A DNA stretch of 64,000 nt from a virus. Its lineage: Duplodnaviria > Caudoviricetes. This document shows positions 29,201 through 39,817 of the stretch, piece by piece; the first letter of the stretch is position 1, and the number at the start of each line of letters is the position of its first letter. The DNA lies in IMG/VR virus record IMGVR_UViG_3300025809_001850, one strand, 5' to 3'. Under the pieces are notes generated by a model. That model was not told the DNA's origin, ran no database searches, and saw only the letters and a list, made by a program, of their open reading frames with translations. Both the position numbers and the translations under genes were made by a program.

Positions 29201-32200
29201 TTCATTGAAAGATGCTACTAAAGGTGGTTCATTACTTGATATGGACCTAGATAGTGAAATTAATAAATTAGAGGAACTTCAAAAAGATCAACATCAAAAT
29301 ATAGATTCAGTACTTTCGGCAATGGCGAACTTAACAAGTATGTCTAATAGTGGAGTGCTGAATACGATGGCTTCTGAAAACAAAACAGAACGATCATCTG
29401 CAATTTCTAACCTATATGATATGATGGCAAATCAGTTGCAAGGTAAGCAAGATAAAAGCCGACGTTTGTCCAAAAACGTCGGCATTGACAAGGCAACAAC
29501 CGCGGTAAACTCCTTGTCAACAGGTGGATTTGTAAGTGGACCTATGGGAAAAGACGTAATTCCTGCAATGTTAACGGACGGAGAGTATGTAATAAGAGCA
29601 GATGTTGCAAAAAACTGGCGAGGTTTTCTTGAGCATTTAAATACCAACGGCCACCTTGGATTGCATCGTGGTGGACCTGTAATGCTTGCTGACGGTGGTG
29701 CTCCTGGTGGGGGTTCTGGAGGAGGAGGAGGAGGAGGAGGGGGTGGTGGAAGTGGTCCTGATCTATCTGCAATGCTATCTCAGTTAAGTAAAAACAATGC
29801 AGAGGTACAGGGTATGTCACATATTTTTAGTGAAATTGTTGAGTCCGTCAAAAAAGCTAACGAAGAAGGAAAAACCGCAGAACAACTTCAAGCATTAATA
29901 AACATCAAAGTATCTGATATGCAGAAAATGTTAGATTCGGAACTTGAAATGCAGGGAGACTTACTTAATGTAACCACGAAGCGACTCGGACAACTGAAAG
30001 CAATGAAAGACCTAAAACTATCAGGAGTGCATGACGCAGTATTAGGAGCATTTACTGCGGTAGAAGACAAAATTGATGGAATTTTATCTAGCATACCGTT
30101 CGTTGGTTCTGCACTCGCAATGAGTATAAAAGCATCGACTGGTCCTGCTTTTGATGAACTAAGAGAAGGAGCATCTGAGGCATTTTTAGCTATGGCAGAT
30201 GAAATTAATAACAACGGTAGGGATATAGATAGTGCAATGGTTGTTGGAATGGATAGATTCAAAGAAAGTGCAACTAAAGCAGGAGAGCATATGGAAATGG
30301 TAGGTTCGTTTGCCAAAAAAATAGGTCCGGGTATGATAGCAGCCGGAGCAGCTGCTTTAGGTTTTGTTGCGTTATTAGGAATGGCATTAAAAAGATTTTT
30401 TGATTTAGAAGCAAAATCACTTGAATTTCGTCAAGAACTTGGATTGGCTGCATCGTCCACGAAACATATAGAATCAGCAGCTGCCGAGGTAAACCAAGAA
30501 ATGGCAGGATATGGTGTAAATCTTGATCAAGCATATGAAGCCGCAACTGCTTTAACAAAAGAACTTGGTTCTACAATGCTTGTTACCAAAGACCAAATAA
30601 AAATGGTTGCTATGATGAATGCAGGTTTAGGAATATCTGCGGATAGTGCAGTTGGTGTTTATGAAACCTTCAAAAATCTAAGTGGTGGTTCGTCTGAAGT
30701 TGCAAAGAATTTAAGTTTAACAACGGTAGCATTAAGTACCGCAGCGGGAGTTCCATTGGATCAAGTAATGGGTGACATCGCAGGAGCATCTGAAACAGTT
30801 TATGCAATGTCACAAGGAACAGGTGTAGAATTGGCAGTTGCCGCTATTGAAGCACGACGTTTAGGAACAAACATTGAAAGCATTTCAAGTTCAATGGAAT
30901 CTGCGCTTGATTTTGAAAGTAGCATTTCCAACGAAATGAAAATGGCAAGTATGCTTGGACGTCATATAAGCATGGATGCAATGCGACAGGCTGCATTTGC
31001 AGGTGACCAAGTGAAGTACATGGAAGAACAACAAAAGGTGATGGGTGAGATTGGTGATTTATCTGAAATGAATATGCACCAAAGAAAATCCATTGCAGCT
31101 GCTATGGGAATGGAAGTTGGTGAGTTGATGAAAATGCAAACTCAAACCAAAGCATTGGCTGCATTAGAAAATGGAACAGTTGCACAAAAAGAAGCACTTG
31201 CTAAATATCAAAAACAAAGAAATGCCGCGTTGAATGGAGAAACAAAAAGTCTTGAAGAACAAGGCATGGAAATTCTCAAGCAACAAAATGCAGAAAATGT
31301 AAAAGCAGATATAATGGCAAAGATTAATTCATTAATGACGGATCTAGGTGAAGTATTGCTACCTGTAATTCAAGCAGGTTTTAAAATACTAATGCCTATA
31401 TTGGATGCAATATTCTTTGTACTTAAAGGAGTAGTTAAGGTTGTTGATTTTATTCTTACACCATTTACATTGATTGCTGACGTAATATCTGCAATAAATG
31501 ATGATTCGGATGCGTTGAAAGCACGTTTCGATGGAATTGTTCCGACATTAATTACTATATCAGGAGTAATCGCAGGCATAGGAGCATTATTTTTAGGCAT
31601 GGGCCCAATGATTGGTAAATTATTTAGTGGTATGGTGACCGGTGCAAAGAAAGCATTTGGTTTCATGCAAAAAGGAGCAAAGGGTGCATTTGGTATGTTA
31701 ACTGGAAAAGATGGAGCTCCTACTGGAGCAGATGTAACTGATAAAATAAAAGGAATGTTCGGTGGTGACAAAACAAAGAGTGGTGATCTAGTTCCTGATG
31801 TTGATCCAAAAAAGGGTGACAAATTTAAAAAGTTCTTAGATGCTTTCAACAAAATTGATATGTCAAAAATTGTTAAAGCTGCAGCTGCACTATTAATATT
31901 ATCCGGTGCGTTGTGGGTCTCGGCGAAAGCATTCCAAGAATTTTCCAAAGTTAGTTGGGATGGTGTAGCAAAAGGAATTATAGGATTAACTGCACTTGTT
32001 GTAGCTGCAAAGTTCTTAGAAAAAGGTTCAACATCTATGATAAAAGGAGCAGCTGCAATTGGAATTCTTGGTCTTGCATTGTTGCCCGCTGCATTGGCAT
32101 TCCAGATGTTTAGTGATGTTAGTTGGGGAGGAGTATTAGCAGGAATGATTGCTCTTGGGGCGTTGGCAGTTGTAGCAATGGTTCTTGGAAATCTTATTGT

Positions 32201-33398
32201 TCCAATCGCACTGGGAGCAGCTGCAATTGCGTTACTTGGTATTGCATTAATTCCGTTTGGTGTTGCGGCTATTTTTGCGGGAGTAGGTGCAATGTTGATT
32301 GCAACTGCATTTACCGTAATGGTATCTGCGTTACAATTATTAACATTTGAAGATATAGCAAAAATTGCGTTGTTAGGAGCAACTTTTGTGGGACTTGGTG
32401 TAATGATACCATTTGTTATATTAGGAGCAGCTGCACTTGGAATAATGGGAGCCGCACTTCTTGCCTTTAGTGTTAGTGCATTATTTGCAAGTGTAGGAAT
32501 TACGGCATTAGCAATAGGTTTTGCAATATTATCTGCTTCTATTGCAACAATGGGTGAAAATAGTATAGCAGTATTGTTGTCACTTGGAATGATTGGTTTA
32601 TTAGCACCTATGTTCTTTATTGCATCGGCCGGAATACTTATGTTGGCAGGTGCAATTGCAGTAATGAGTGCGGCTTTGCTTGGAGCAAGTATAATGAGTA
32701 TGTTCTCAAGTGATGATCCATTTGCGATGTATATTAATTTAGGTGAAAATGCAGATAAATTAGATAAGGCTGCCAATGGTCTTAAAAATATTGCTTGGTC
32801 TATGTCTGCTTTATCAAATGTAGATGCAGAAGATATTCTAGGGGACATTGCAGATGGTATGGAAGAACTATTTGACGAAATTGAAGATATAGAAATTGAT
32901 GCAATAAATAAGTTCGTTTCTATCGGAACTAGTTTTGGTTTGATTGGTGCTGGAATGAACGAAATCAAAACTGGAATTGGTCCATTTAAAGAAATGCTTA
33001 CATTAATCAGTGATCCTGCTAACTACGAGGCCGCAATTGTCGGTATTAACTCATTAACTCTTGCTTTAACTGATTTGTGTAGTGTAATTCAAAGTTTAGG
33101 TGAATCTGAACTAGGAATCTTGGAAGTATCATCTGCCGAAGGAGGAGGAGGAGAAGCTCCTACCACCCAAGAAATGGCAGGAGGAGGTGCTGGTGCAGTA
33201 CCAATGACCACTGTGGTTCAACAAGTTGCATCTGTACCAGCTACATCTGGTGTAGCAATGAATTCTGCCGGTGGAGCAAGTAGCAATGGAGTTGAAACCC
33301 GACTTGATGAATTAATTTCATTAATGAAGTCTGGAAAGATAGGTGTTAACTTAGATGGTAAAAAAGTAGAGTCACAACTTGCGAAAACAGCACCATAA
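26247..33398 (+). CDS. tape measure protein
   Basis: 2383 aa; helical/coiled-coil, Ala/Gly-rich, periodic hydrophobic block near aa 1900-2150; canonical position after chaperone and before baseplate genes. Confidence 0.9.
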   Translation: MATIDESDFTNKQVDVKDHFAALQRTMINVQKIDTETIASQLSSLSEVMGSSMEALAEGKLEDKDHLDLQKYLDKLGLMAEEGANVIKAFNAYTKEVANSKDEEEALGKVIDANQASMKKINALETEREELINKVNNHNSITEELSNKINNVLERREQYQETSNNLVQKYNDKIEQVEQKLKAENSSQQDIAKLQQEKINLETKIGDVKDRTNRFLDNSLSLHEDLKTKLEQQQQLYEDAPNKIESINSKLRQEIAFNDIIKKDLENFSEGMEKFGLMTDKSRKAVEKVLGIDKDINKELKTSIDNQDKLTGKIDKTHQNSKNVLQTLENSVERTELLISDTTDFANEMGRAADEAERLLAATLAMQVGGRRRRTAAAEPNPFSINDSGQAEMQTPGGYTTTVSKGFAAAATAGMTLQASAMNSGGYISGPAGIDVIPAMLTNGEYVVNASATKKFLPLLEKINSGQSQSFASGGVVGNNPWTTAAHIEVPKYLSDIEKHLKELLGLSKEDASNSQKDIVNQSLYEEMVRNILQSKDQLFGHQTNINNGPGKEKGRFVLRDEKTGNFDMPSFKSSYPTGRPQLKDHEFWAADKKHFLEGPGDIYKDLQQETIKVFMENLHNNGTDFSKVDEKTIKADIAKQIQINLKAFETLYKGIEKENKVTNKIQGYQLEQGEAAGASPERKSDLVDALKQQADSMEFLKNAGVIGDDFGQRVEDTKRDQLVNSVFLYGLRDELTTAIKEGLYNDVGDIRKMLAQYKSPAELTELAQLGKTDVRSTDWTGREKPAFLQALDNLEKNKNLTPDFAEVSANQERQKGKTPISLGTHITQQIEKLRVKEDATKPGKSKPPRARGGGMSGSGGIRPGDGDQEYLQHFNKSIDVISNARQKANNEIFEITGDAAKFGATSVADFNSHIQSFWDSSTEALNEGQQHLKKAMVAVAETGEAGIRKLEQLAMQTTQTFSLVGNDLPTNLLNVRDATIDTLTSLKDATKGGSLLDMDLDSEINKLEELQKDQHQNIDSVLSAMANLTSMSNSGVLNTMASENKTERSSAISNLYDMMANQLQGKQDKSRRLSKNVGIDKATTAVNSLSTGGFVSGPMGKDVIPAMLTDGEYVIRADVAKNWRGFLEHLNTNGHLGLHRGGPVMLADGGAPGGGSGGGGGGGGGGGSGPDLSAMLSQLSKNNAEVQGMSHIFSEIVESVKKANEEGKTAEQLQALINIKVSDMQKMLDSELEMQGDLLNVTTKRLGQLKAMKDLKLSGVHDAVLGAFTAVEDKIDGILSSIPFVGSALAMSIKASTGPAFDELREGASEAFLAMADEINNNGRDIDSAMVVGMDRFKESATKAGEHMEMVGSFAKKIGPGMIAAGAAALGFVALLGMALKRFFDLEAKSLEFRQELGLAASSTKHIESAAAEVNQEMAGYGVNLDQAYEAATALTKELGSTMLVTKDQIKMVAMMNAGLGISADSAVGVYETFKNLSGGSSEVAKNLSLTTVALSTAAGVPLDQVMGDIAGASETVYAMSQGTGVELAVAAIEARRLGTNIESISSSMESALDFESSISNEMKMASMLGRHISMDAMRQAAFAGDQVKYMEEQQKVMGEIGDLSEMNMHQRKSIAAAMGMEVGELMKMQTQTKALAALENGTVAQKEALAKYQKQRNAALNGETKSLEEQGMEILKQQNAENVKADIMAKINSLMTDLGEVLLPVIQAGFKILMPILDAIFFVLKGVVKVVDFILTPFTLIADVISAINDDSDALKARFDGIVPTLITISGVIAGIGALFLGMGPMIGKLFSGMVTGAKKAFGFMQKGAKGAFGMLTGKDGAPTGADVTDKIKGMFGGDKTKSGDLVPDVDPKKGDKFKKFLDAFNKIDMSKIVKAAAALLILSGALWVSAKAFQEFSKVSWDGVAKGIIGLTALVVAAKFLEKGSTSMIKGAAAIGILGLALLPAALAFQMFSDVSWGGVLAGMIALGALAVVAMVLGNLIVPIALGAAAIALLGIALIPFGVAAIFAGVGAMLIATAFTVMVSALQLLTFEDIAKIALLGATFVGLGVMIPFVILGAAALGIMGAALLAFSVSALFASVGITALAIGFAILSASIATMGENSIAVLLSLGMIGLLAPMFFIASAGILMLAGAIAVMSAALLGASIMSMFSSDDPFAMYINLGENADKLDKAANGLKNIAWSMSALSNVDAEDILGDIADGMEELFDEIEDIEIDAINKFVSIGTSFGLIGAGMNEIKTGIGPFKEMLTLISDPANYEAAIVGINSLTLALTDLCSVIQSLGESELGILEVSSAEGGGGEAPTTQEMAGGGAGAVPMTTVVQQVASVPATSGVAMNSAGGASSNGVETRLDELISLMKSGKIGVNLDGKKVESQLAKTAP

Positions 33399-33435
33399 TC
33401 TTTAAAAAAAATATATAGTTATATTTATATATAAC

Positions 33436-35976
33436 ATGGCTACACCTAGTTGGATTTCAAATATGTTTCCCGATCTCTTTAGTAACGGAGGACCAAAACC
33501 TAAGCCAAACGGAGAATTCACAGAGTTTACTGATCAAAGCAGTAGAACTAGTATGAAGTCAGGACGTGGATCAATGGAAGAAAAACTTGATCGTGGTCAA
33601 ACTATATATCGTGACGGAGCTCCGGTTCCTGGAGGAACATCAAAAAGTATCGATGACCAAACAAGAAATTTAGATGACAGAGGTACAGGTCAAGGTGTTA
33701 ATTTTTTCGGATATGGAAATACAACAAAGAAAAACCCATTTCTAAGTGGAAAACGTTCTGATGAATTGAATATAACCACAAACGCCAATTCAACTGGCCA
33801 GGTGGAAATCGGTGGATTTACCACAAAAAGCACTCCAATGATGGATTCTGATTATGGAAACGGAAATGTAAATTCCGCATCTGAGAATAGTTTTTATCGT
33901 AATAAAATGGATGTTACGAAATATGGAGATCAATACAAAGCACTTGGTAATCCGAATATAATTAGACTTACTCTTGGAGGTGAAGCAACAGAGAGACAAG
34001 AAGTTAAACCAGCAATAAACGGTGACCCACTTGGTTCAGTTCCACGGAAACTACCAAACTCAGATACGCAATTGGCAGGTCGTGGTAAAGGTGGTGGAGA
34101 TGCGTGGTTGAGCAAGTATTATTTTGATCAAACATATGGTGATCCTTATTCTCCTGTTAACATTGAGTCAAAAGTTGCGTATCCTGCACAAGGAAATGTT
34201 GCATCTGATAAATATATAACTCGTTTGCAAAATACTACCAACGAATCTCTTGATAACATTAGTGTCAGTAAACTAGGTGGACAACTTGATAAGTCATCGG
34301 GTGGAGGTAAAAACCAATCTTCGTCTGAAAAAAATATCATTCGTACGGTTACAATGAGTGGTACATTACCTGCACATAAAGGTGGAGGTATGGTATCAGG
34401 TGCATTGCAAATTGATAGTGGTAGTTTGTCTAACGCATCTCCGTTGTTGTCTGGACGAAGTGATATATCACCTGAACTAAACAAAAATTTTAAGGACATG
34501 GTATCAAACGGATTGTATGATACTCCAACAAGTGAAGGAAGAGACGGTAGTTCCGATAACTTAATTAACGGAAAACTTGACAAACTTCCTAATGATAAGC
34601 AGTTTGCTTCTAAAATTTCATCTAGACTCGGCATGGGTCTCGATGCTAGACGAAATGCTCCGTATCATCCCAATCCATCGAAACCACCCAACATACCTGG
34701 ACAAGACGAACTCACTCCTAATTCAGAAGAAAATTCACTTCCAAGAAGCAAGCAAATTTCGTATGTTGATGGTGTAGGTAAATCAACGGGAACCGTAAGT
34801 CTGGAAGATTCACTGGAACAATTCAATAAAGATTATAGTCAACGATTAAAAAGTATAGGAGAACTAAATTCACAAGATGATTTGAAAGTTTCTAATGACA
34901 TCAAAAATTTAGTTGATTTAAAAAAATTCGCAGATGACTCGTTTGAGAGAAGAACCAAAGAAGGACCAAGTTCGGGTGCTGAAGTTAAAACTTATGGTCA
35001 AAGATTTTATGATAATCCACTTCATTTAAACAAACGAAAACTTCCAAATTATAGTGGAGTTCCTAGTGGAGAAAACCCAGTAGACAATCCGAGAAAAGAC
35101 CCATTTAATATAAGAGGAGTGCTTGACGCAGAAAATCATTCATTATCAGCTGAACCAGATTTCGCATCGGAGGATTTTATTCCTTTGTATTTCCATGACT
35201 TGGTAAATAAAAAATATATCCCGTTTCGTGCATTGATACAAGGTACAACCGATCAATCTGATAGTAAGTGGTCTTCTACTCAATATTTAGGCCGTGCAGA
35301 CGAAGTTCATGTATACACAGGATTTACACGAACTCTGAGTATAGATTTTCAAGTAGTTGCACTTAGTGTTGAAGAACTACATCCAATGTGGCAACGAATA
35401 AATTATATGGTCGGTTTAACACATCCTGCCAAATACACAGAACATGATTTCATCGTTCCTCCATTCGTGAGATTTAATTTGGGTGACATATACAGAAATC
35501 AACCTGTACTGATCACATCAGTTTCAACCTCGATTCCGTCTGAAGTATCATGGGAACTTGTAAACAATGAAAAAAATAATGGAACACTCGAAAGAAATAA
35601 ATACGAATACGCAAACGGAGATATTAAACGAAAAGATGTCAAGGTGGCAAGATATCCAACTTCGTGTAATTTGCAAGTTTCAATGATAGTATTACAAAAA
35701 CATAGTCCCGAAACAAAGCAAAATCACTTTGGAGATAGTCCACTGCATAGTGATGGTAAAGGAAATTCTACCTTCAATGAAACTTTATCAACTTACACAG
35801 AAACATCTAAGGCTACACCTCCAAGTAAAGACGAACAAAGTTCTAGAAGTCGTGGACTAACGGCAGACACAGATGCAAAATCACAACGCAGTGCAGACGA
35901 ACGAGCAGGTGCGTTGTCAAAAAGTTCTAGAAGACAAGCACTTCAAAATTCTCTCGGTGGTCCTTTTAATTTATGA
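33436..35976 (+). CDS. baseplate/tail-tube initiator-like protein with long low-complexity N-terminus
   Basis: C-terminal FIPLYFHDLVNKKYIPFRA...YLGRADEVHVYTGFTRTLSIDFQVVA tube-like fold pattern; ATATTTAT at 33421-33428. Confidence 0.6.
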   Translation: MATPSWISNMFPDLFSNGGPKPKPNGEFTEFTDQSSRTSMKSGRGSMEEKLDRGQTIYRDGAPVPGGTSKSIDDQTRNLDDRGTGQGVNFFGYGNTTKKNPFLSGKRSDELNITTNANSTGQVEIGGFTTKSTPMMDSDYGNGNVNSASENSFYRNKMDVTKYGDQYKALGNPNIIRLTLGGEATERQEVKPAINGDPLGSVPRKLPNSDTQLAGRGKGGGDAWLSKYYFDQTYGDPYSPVNIESKVAYPAQGNVASDKYITRLQNTTNESLDNISVSKLGGQLDKSSGGGKNQSSSEKNIIRTVTMSGTLPAHKGGGMVSGALQIDSGSLSNASPLLSGRSDISPELNKNFKDMVSNGLYDTPTSEGRDGSSDNLINGKLDKLPNDKQFASKISSRLGMGLDARRNAPYHPNPSKPPNIPGQDELTPNSEENSLPRSKQISYVDGVGKSTGTVSLEDSLEQFNKDYSQRLKSIGELNSQDDLKVSNDIKNLVDLKKFADDSFERRTKEGPSSGAEVKTYGQRFYDNPLHLNKRKLPNYSGVPSGENPVDNPRKDPFNIRGVLDAENHSLSAEPDFASEDFIPLYFHDLVNKKYIPFRALIQGTTDQSDSKWSSTQYLGRADEVHVYTGFTRTLSIDFQVVALSVEELHPMWQRINYMVGLTHPAKYTEHDFIVPPFVRFNLGDIYRNQPVLITSVSTSIPSEVSWELVNNEKNNGTLERNKYEYANGDIKRKDVKVARYPTSCNLQVSMIVLQKHSPETKQNHFGDSPLHSDGKGNSTFNETLSTYTETSKATPPSKDEQSSRSRGLTADTDAKSQRSADERAGALSKSSRRQALQNSLGGPFNL

Positions 35977-36266
35977 GATATACAAACACAAATACAAAAA
36001 AACTAGATTCTGGAAAAACAGCTTCCGAGACAACTTTATTATCTAAGTTTAAAGAAAGACCAACTGATGTTTATTTGGTGATAGTTGAACGAACCAGATT
36101 AGACCATCTATCTCATAAATTTTATGATAATCCAAATTACTGGTGGATTATTGCTCTTTCAAACGACATAAAAGGAACTATGTATGTTCAACCTGGTACC
36201 AAAATAAGATTACCTGCAAATATAAACGAAGCAATGGTAGATCATTCTAAAATAAATAATAGATAG
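35973..36266 (+). CDS. LysM/tail-X-like baseplate wedge protein (gp53-like)
   Basis: RLDHLSHKFYDNPNYWWIIALSN...PGTKIRLP. Confidence 0.8.
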   Translation: MRYTNTNTKKLDSGKTASETTLLSKFKERPTDVYLVIVERTRLDHLSHKFYDNPNYWWIIALSNDIKGTMYVQPGTKIRLPANINEAMVDHSKINNR

Positions 36267-36278
36267 GCATATATAGAT

Positions 36279-39200
36279 ATGATACCAAAAAGTGTTAGTG
36301 GGTTGTTAAAAAAGAAAGCATCAGACATGATGCCATCTGGATTTGATTTTGGTCCACAAGAAAAGGAAGAAGAAGATTCTGACATTTCAAGTTTTTTAGA
36401 TAATAAGGATTTGAATCCGTTTTCTAAAATGAATAAACCGGATGCAAATTCAGTTAAAGACTTAATATCAGGTGGAGGAAGTTCAGGTGGAGGTGGTCTT
36501 GCGGGTGGATTTTCAAGTATGGTTGGAGGAGCTCTTGGTGCATTTGGACTGAGTGGTGGTTCGGCCAAAGATTTTAACGAAAAGATAACAAGTGAAACAA
36601 CCGCATCGGGTGGTGAAAAACCTTTACATGAAAGTAAAGACTCGGCAAAAGTAGAATTGCTATCAGAACAAGCTGACCCACCACCAAAAGGAACTCCGAT
36701 GGACGAATCGTTTCCGTCAGGAAACGCATCTCAATTCGGAACAACACACATCCGACCTTGGGTTCGGCATGAATTCATGAGACGAGAACGAAACATCGGT
36801 ATGAATTATACTGACAATGGAGAATATTCATCCCACTCAGGAGCTCCTATGGCCGGTGACGATGGTGAATTTTCTGAAAGTTATGAAGATACATTATATC
36901 GTGGTCCAAAAACAGCATGGATGCGTGTAGTTTCTAATTCAGTTGCTCCGGATCCAGATGATCCGACTGGAAGTAAACACATTTACGGATTTGAACTAGG
37001 TGGAGTTGCAAACTCAAATGCCAACACAGAAAGTGGTGCTGACCGATATGATTCGTTTGAGCAAATGTATGGATTTGATAAAAAAACAGGACAAGGAACA
37101 GGAAAAACATTCATGGGTTGGGGATATGATTCATCTGATAAGGGGAAAAAAATTCCTCATATGGTTGAAGAAGCAGATTTTTTTCATCGACCTTCACCGG
37201 GTATAAACTCAATCAAGTCAGAAGACAAAACACCAGGTGCAAATATCCGAGAAACAACCATATCATTTACTGTATTTAGTCGGTCACAACTTGATTATAT
37301 AGATGATTACTTTTTTAAACCAAGTTCAACTATGATTGTAGAGTGGGGTTGGAATACATATCCAAGAACCAACGCAGTAGATTATAGTATATTAGGTGAC
37401 ATTCCTGTAATGAAAAAAGGAAGTGAAGTTAAAAAAGACAAACTATTGGATAAGGTTAATTCACTTAGACTCATACATGAACAAAAAAAAGACCGATTAA
37501 CATACAAAGATTTAGAAGACGATGTAGAGTATTGTACAAAACGGGGAACTGGATTACTTGCATTATGGAATGATGCAGTTCATGTTAATAACAAACTAAA
37601 AGCTGGAAAAGGAAATTATGGATTTGCCGTTGGTGCGGTTAATAGTTATAGTTTTAATTTACGAGATGACGGTGGATATGATTGTGAAGTCAAGATATGC
37701 TCAATGGCAGCTTTTGGTATGATGACAAGTAATGATTCTTCTGCTAAAAAAGGTAAAAAAGAAAAAGATAAAAAGAAGGATCAAAACAAAGAAGACTTTA
37801 AGTATTTTATTGAAAACAAGTTGGATGAAATTCTTGCAGACGAAGGAGATGGAAATGATTGGTGGGATTGGGGAGATTCTGATGATCAAGAAAAACACGC
37901 TGCTAAAATGGCCAGTTCTGCGTATGGAAGATTTTTCCAATTTGATCAAAGTATTGGAGGTAAAGACGCATGGCACTCTGATCGTGAAGATTGTTATATA
38001 ACATTTGGTTATTTTATAGATATTGTTAATTTCTTTTTCTCAAAAAAAATGTCCGATTCAAAGGCCCAAGTTTTTCAATTTTCTGTGGGAGGTTGTAGGT
38101 GTGTTGCCCATCCTAATATAAAATCAACAGACGGAAAAGTGTTGCTTATACCAAATGCGATGTCACCTAGATACAATAAAGCAAAAAGTGGTGGATATAA
38201 AATGGGTGAAGGCAGTTACAAATCAGATGTAGAAGGAGTTATATCAGATGAATTATTTTCATCCGACACCTCTGGCAACGTACAAGATAGTTTTTTACAG
38301 GTGGTAAGTGCCGAAATAAATGAAGACGGGGGAAGTGCCAAGGTCAGATCATTAAGTGATGCTTTAAATGCGTCTCCACGTGATGATTTGTTTAGTTTGT
38401 TGAGTGCAGCTGCCAAACGAGCAGTTGAAAAGGGTGATTTACCTGACGGTGTCACCGAGTGTATGGTTAGACCGTTTCCTGATTATGCTACAATAGATAA
38501 ACAATCAACTGATGGATTTAGTGGTAGAATAAAAGATTTGTTTATCAACTATAATGTAATAAAAGACTCGGTTATAAACGGCCAGAATATAAAACAGATA
38601 ATTAAAGATGTATTGAAAAAGGTATCAACTGCAGCTGGAGGGATATGGGATTTTGATTTAGTAGGAGCAGATACAGCAACCGCAAATAGCACCACGATTT
38701 TAATTGTAGATAAACGATATGCAGGTTTAACTAATACATACGATTTGCAAAAAGAATCCCAAACTTGGAAATTTAAATCACACACTAAGAATAGTATCGT
38801 TAAATCATTATCTTTGGATATATCAATCTCCGATGAAACTGCAGCTCAGGCAATGTATCCTGAAGAAGAGCAAGGATCACAAGCAAACTTTCATTCACGT
38901 GGACGAAAAGACAGAATTTTAGATGGAACTGCTCAACAAATCGAGGCCTCCAAACCCGATAAAGATAAACCACCGGAAGATGAGGACGAGGACGAAGATG
39001 ACATAGAATCGGAAGAAAAATTCATCATCGGGCAACGCGTAGGTGCCCGTTGGATTGACATAGAATGTGTTGATCCGGATAAAAACAGAATGTTGAGTGG
39101 TATGAAAAAGGACAACAACAAAAAGAATAGTGTCAAAAACAATATTCCACTTGATGGATGTGAAGTGTCACTTGAATTAGACGGAATAGAAGGAGTGCGA

Positions 39201-39362
39201 ATACTTGACGTATTTACGTGTACTGGTGTACCAACAAGATATTATATGAATGGTCATTGGAGAGCACAAGAGGTATCACATGAAATATCAGACAATGATT
39301 GGAAAACAACAATAAAGGGTGAGTATCTACCAAGTCCAGATACAACTAATAAAGATGGATAA
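36279..39362 (+). CDS. large baseplate hub-like protein
   Basis: 1027 aa after the LysM gene; PSPGINSIKS, IVEWGWN, DGGYDCEVKI, WKTTIKG; synteny. Confidence 0.55.
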   Translation: MIPKSVSGLLKKKASDMMPSGFDFGPQEKEEEDSDISSFLDNKDLNPFSKMNKPDANSVKDLISGGGSSGGGGLAGGFSSMVGGALGAFGLSGGSAKDFNEKITSETTASGGEKPLHESKDSAKVELLSEQADPPPKGTPMDESFPSGNASQFGTTHIRPWVRHEFMRRERNIGMNYTDNGEYSSHSGAPMAGDDGEFSESYEDTLYRGPKTAWMRVVSNSVAPDPDDPTGSKHIYGFELGGVANSNANTESGADRYDSFEQMYGFDKKTGQGTGKTFMGWGYDSSDKGKKIPHMVEEADFFHRPSPGINSIKSEDKTPGANIRETTISFTVFSRSQLDYIDDYFFKPSSTMIVEWGWNTYPRTNAVDYSILGDIPVMKKGSEVKKDKLLDKVNSLRLIHEQKKDRLTYKDLEDDVEYCTKRGTGLLALWNDAVHVNNKLKAGKGNYGFAVGAVNSYSFNLRDDGGYDCEVKICSMAAFGMMTSNDSSAKKGKKEKDKKKDQNKEDFKYFIENKLDEILADEGDGNDWWDWGDSDDQEKHAAKMASSAYGRFFQFDQSIGGKDAWHSDREDCYITFGYFIDIVNFFFSKKMSDSKAQVFQFSVGGCRCVAHPNIKSTDGKVLLIPNAMSPRYNKAKSGGYKMGEGSYKSDVEGVISDELFSSDTSGNVQDSFLQVVSAEINEDGGSAKVRSLSDALNASPRDDLFSLLSAAAKRAVEKGDLPDGVTECMVRPFPDYATIDKQSTDGFSGRIKDLFINYNVIKDSVINGQNIKQIIKDVLKKVSTAAGGIWDFDLVGADTATANSTTILIVDKRYAGLTNTYDLQKESQTWKFKSHTKNSIVKSLSLDISISDETAAQAMYPEEEQGSQANFHSRGRKDRILDGTAQQIEASKPDKDKPPEDEDEDEDDIESEEKFIIGQRVGARWIDIECVDPDKNRMLSGMKKDNNKKNSVKNNIPLDGCEVSLELDGIEGVRILDVFTCTGVPTRYYMNGHWRAQEVSHEISDNDWKTTIKGEYLPSPDTTNKDG

Positions 39363-39786
39363 CGAAAAATACGGTGAAGATATAGTTGAATCAGCTGCCT
39401 ACAAGTTGTTGCTAGATCGATCAGGATCGTTGAAATCTAATGTTTTTAAAGCTTTTCCAACTGATAAAGTTATTACTCCATCAAAAGATGACTATGATAA
39501 AGGTATGATGACACGATACTTTGTTGCCAAGTCAAATGATATGCATTCTCAGATTTTTGAAGTAGATGCGTCTGGATATAAGCAATTTCAAAAGAACCCA
39601 TTTTATGTTGTTGCTCAAATGAGATGGAAAATTACAGGTCCTGTTAGAAGTGTATATGATCGTGGTATTTTAAAAAATCGTGGAGTAACTGATTTTAATA
39701 TGGTGTCGTATGAACAAATTCAACTAACGATGCCTAAAATTGACACCAAAATATCTTCGTTACTTCAATTTTACAAATCAGATTGA
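39355..39786 (+). CDS. conserved hypothetical protein
   Basis: Likely start at ATG 39355 (MDNEKY...), overlapping the previous stop; RYFVAK...RWKITGP. Confidence 0.6.
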   Translation: MDNEKYGEDIVESAAYKLLLDRSGSLKSNVFKAFPTDKVITPSKDDYDKGMMTRYFVAKSNDMHSQIFEVDASGYKQFQKNPFYVVAQMRWKITGPVRSVYDRGILKNRGVTDFNMVSYEQIQLTMPKIDTKISSLLQFYKSD

Positions 39787-39811
39787 CAAACGGAGTTCGA
39801 TATAGTATATT
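39783..39811 (+). promoter_or_regulatory. sigma70-like promoter upstream of DNA polymerase
   Basis: TTGACA (39783-39788), 17 nt, TATATT (39806-39811). Confidence 0.7.
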
Positions 39812-39817
39812 AAGTGA

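Noticed and set aside
31370-32968. 532-aa minus-strand ORF
   Set aside because: Antisense shadow of the Ala/Gly/Ile-rich tape measure block; repetitive IAPA-type sequence with no promoter or RBS context.
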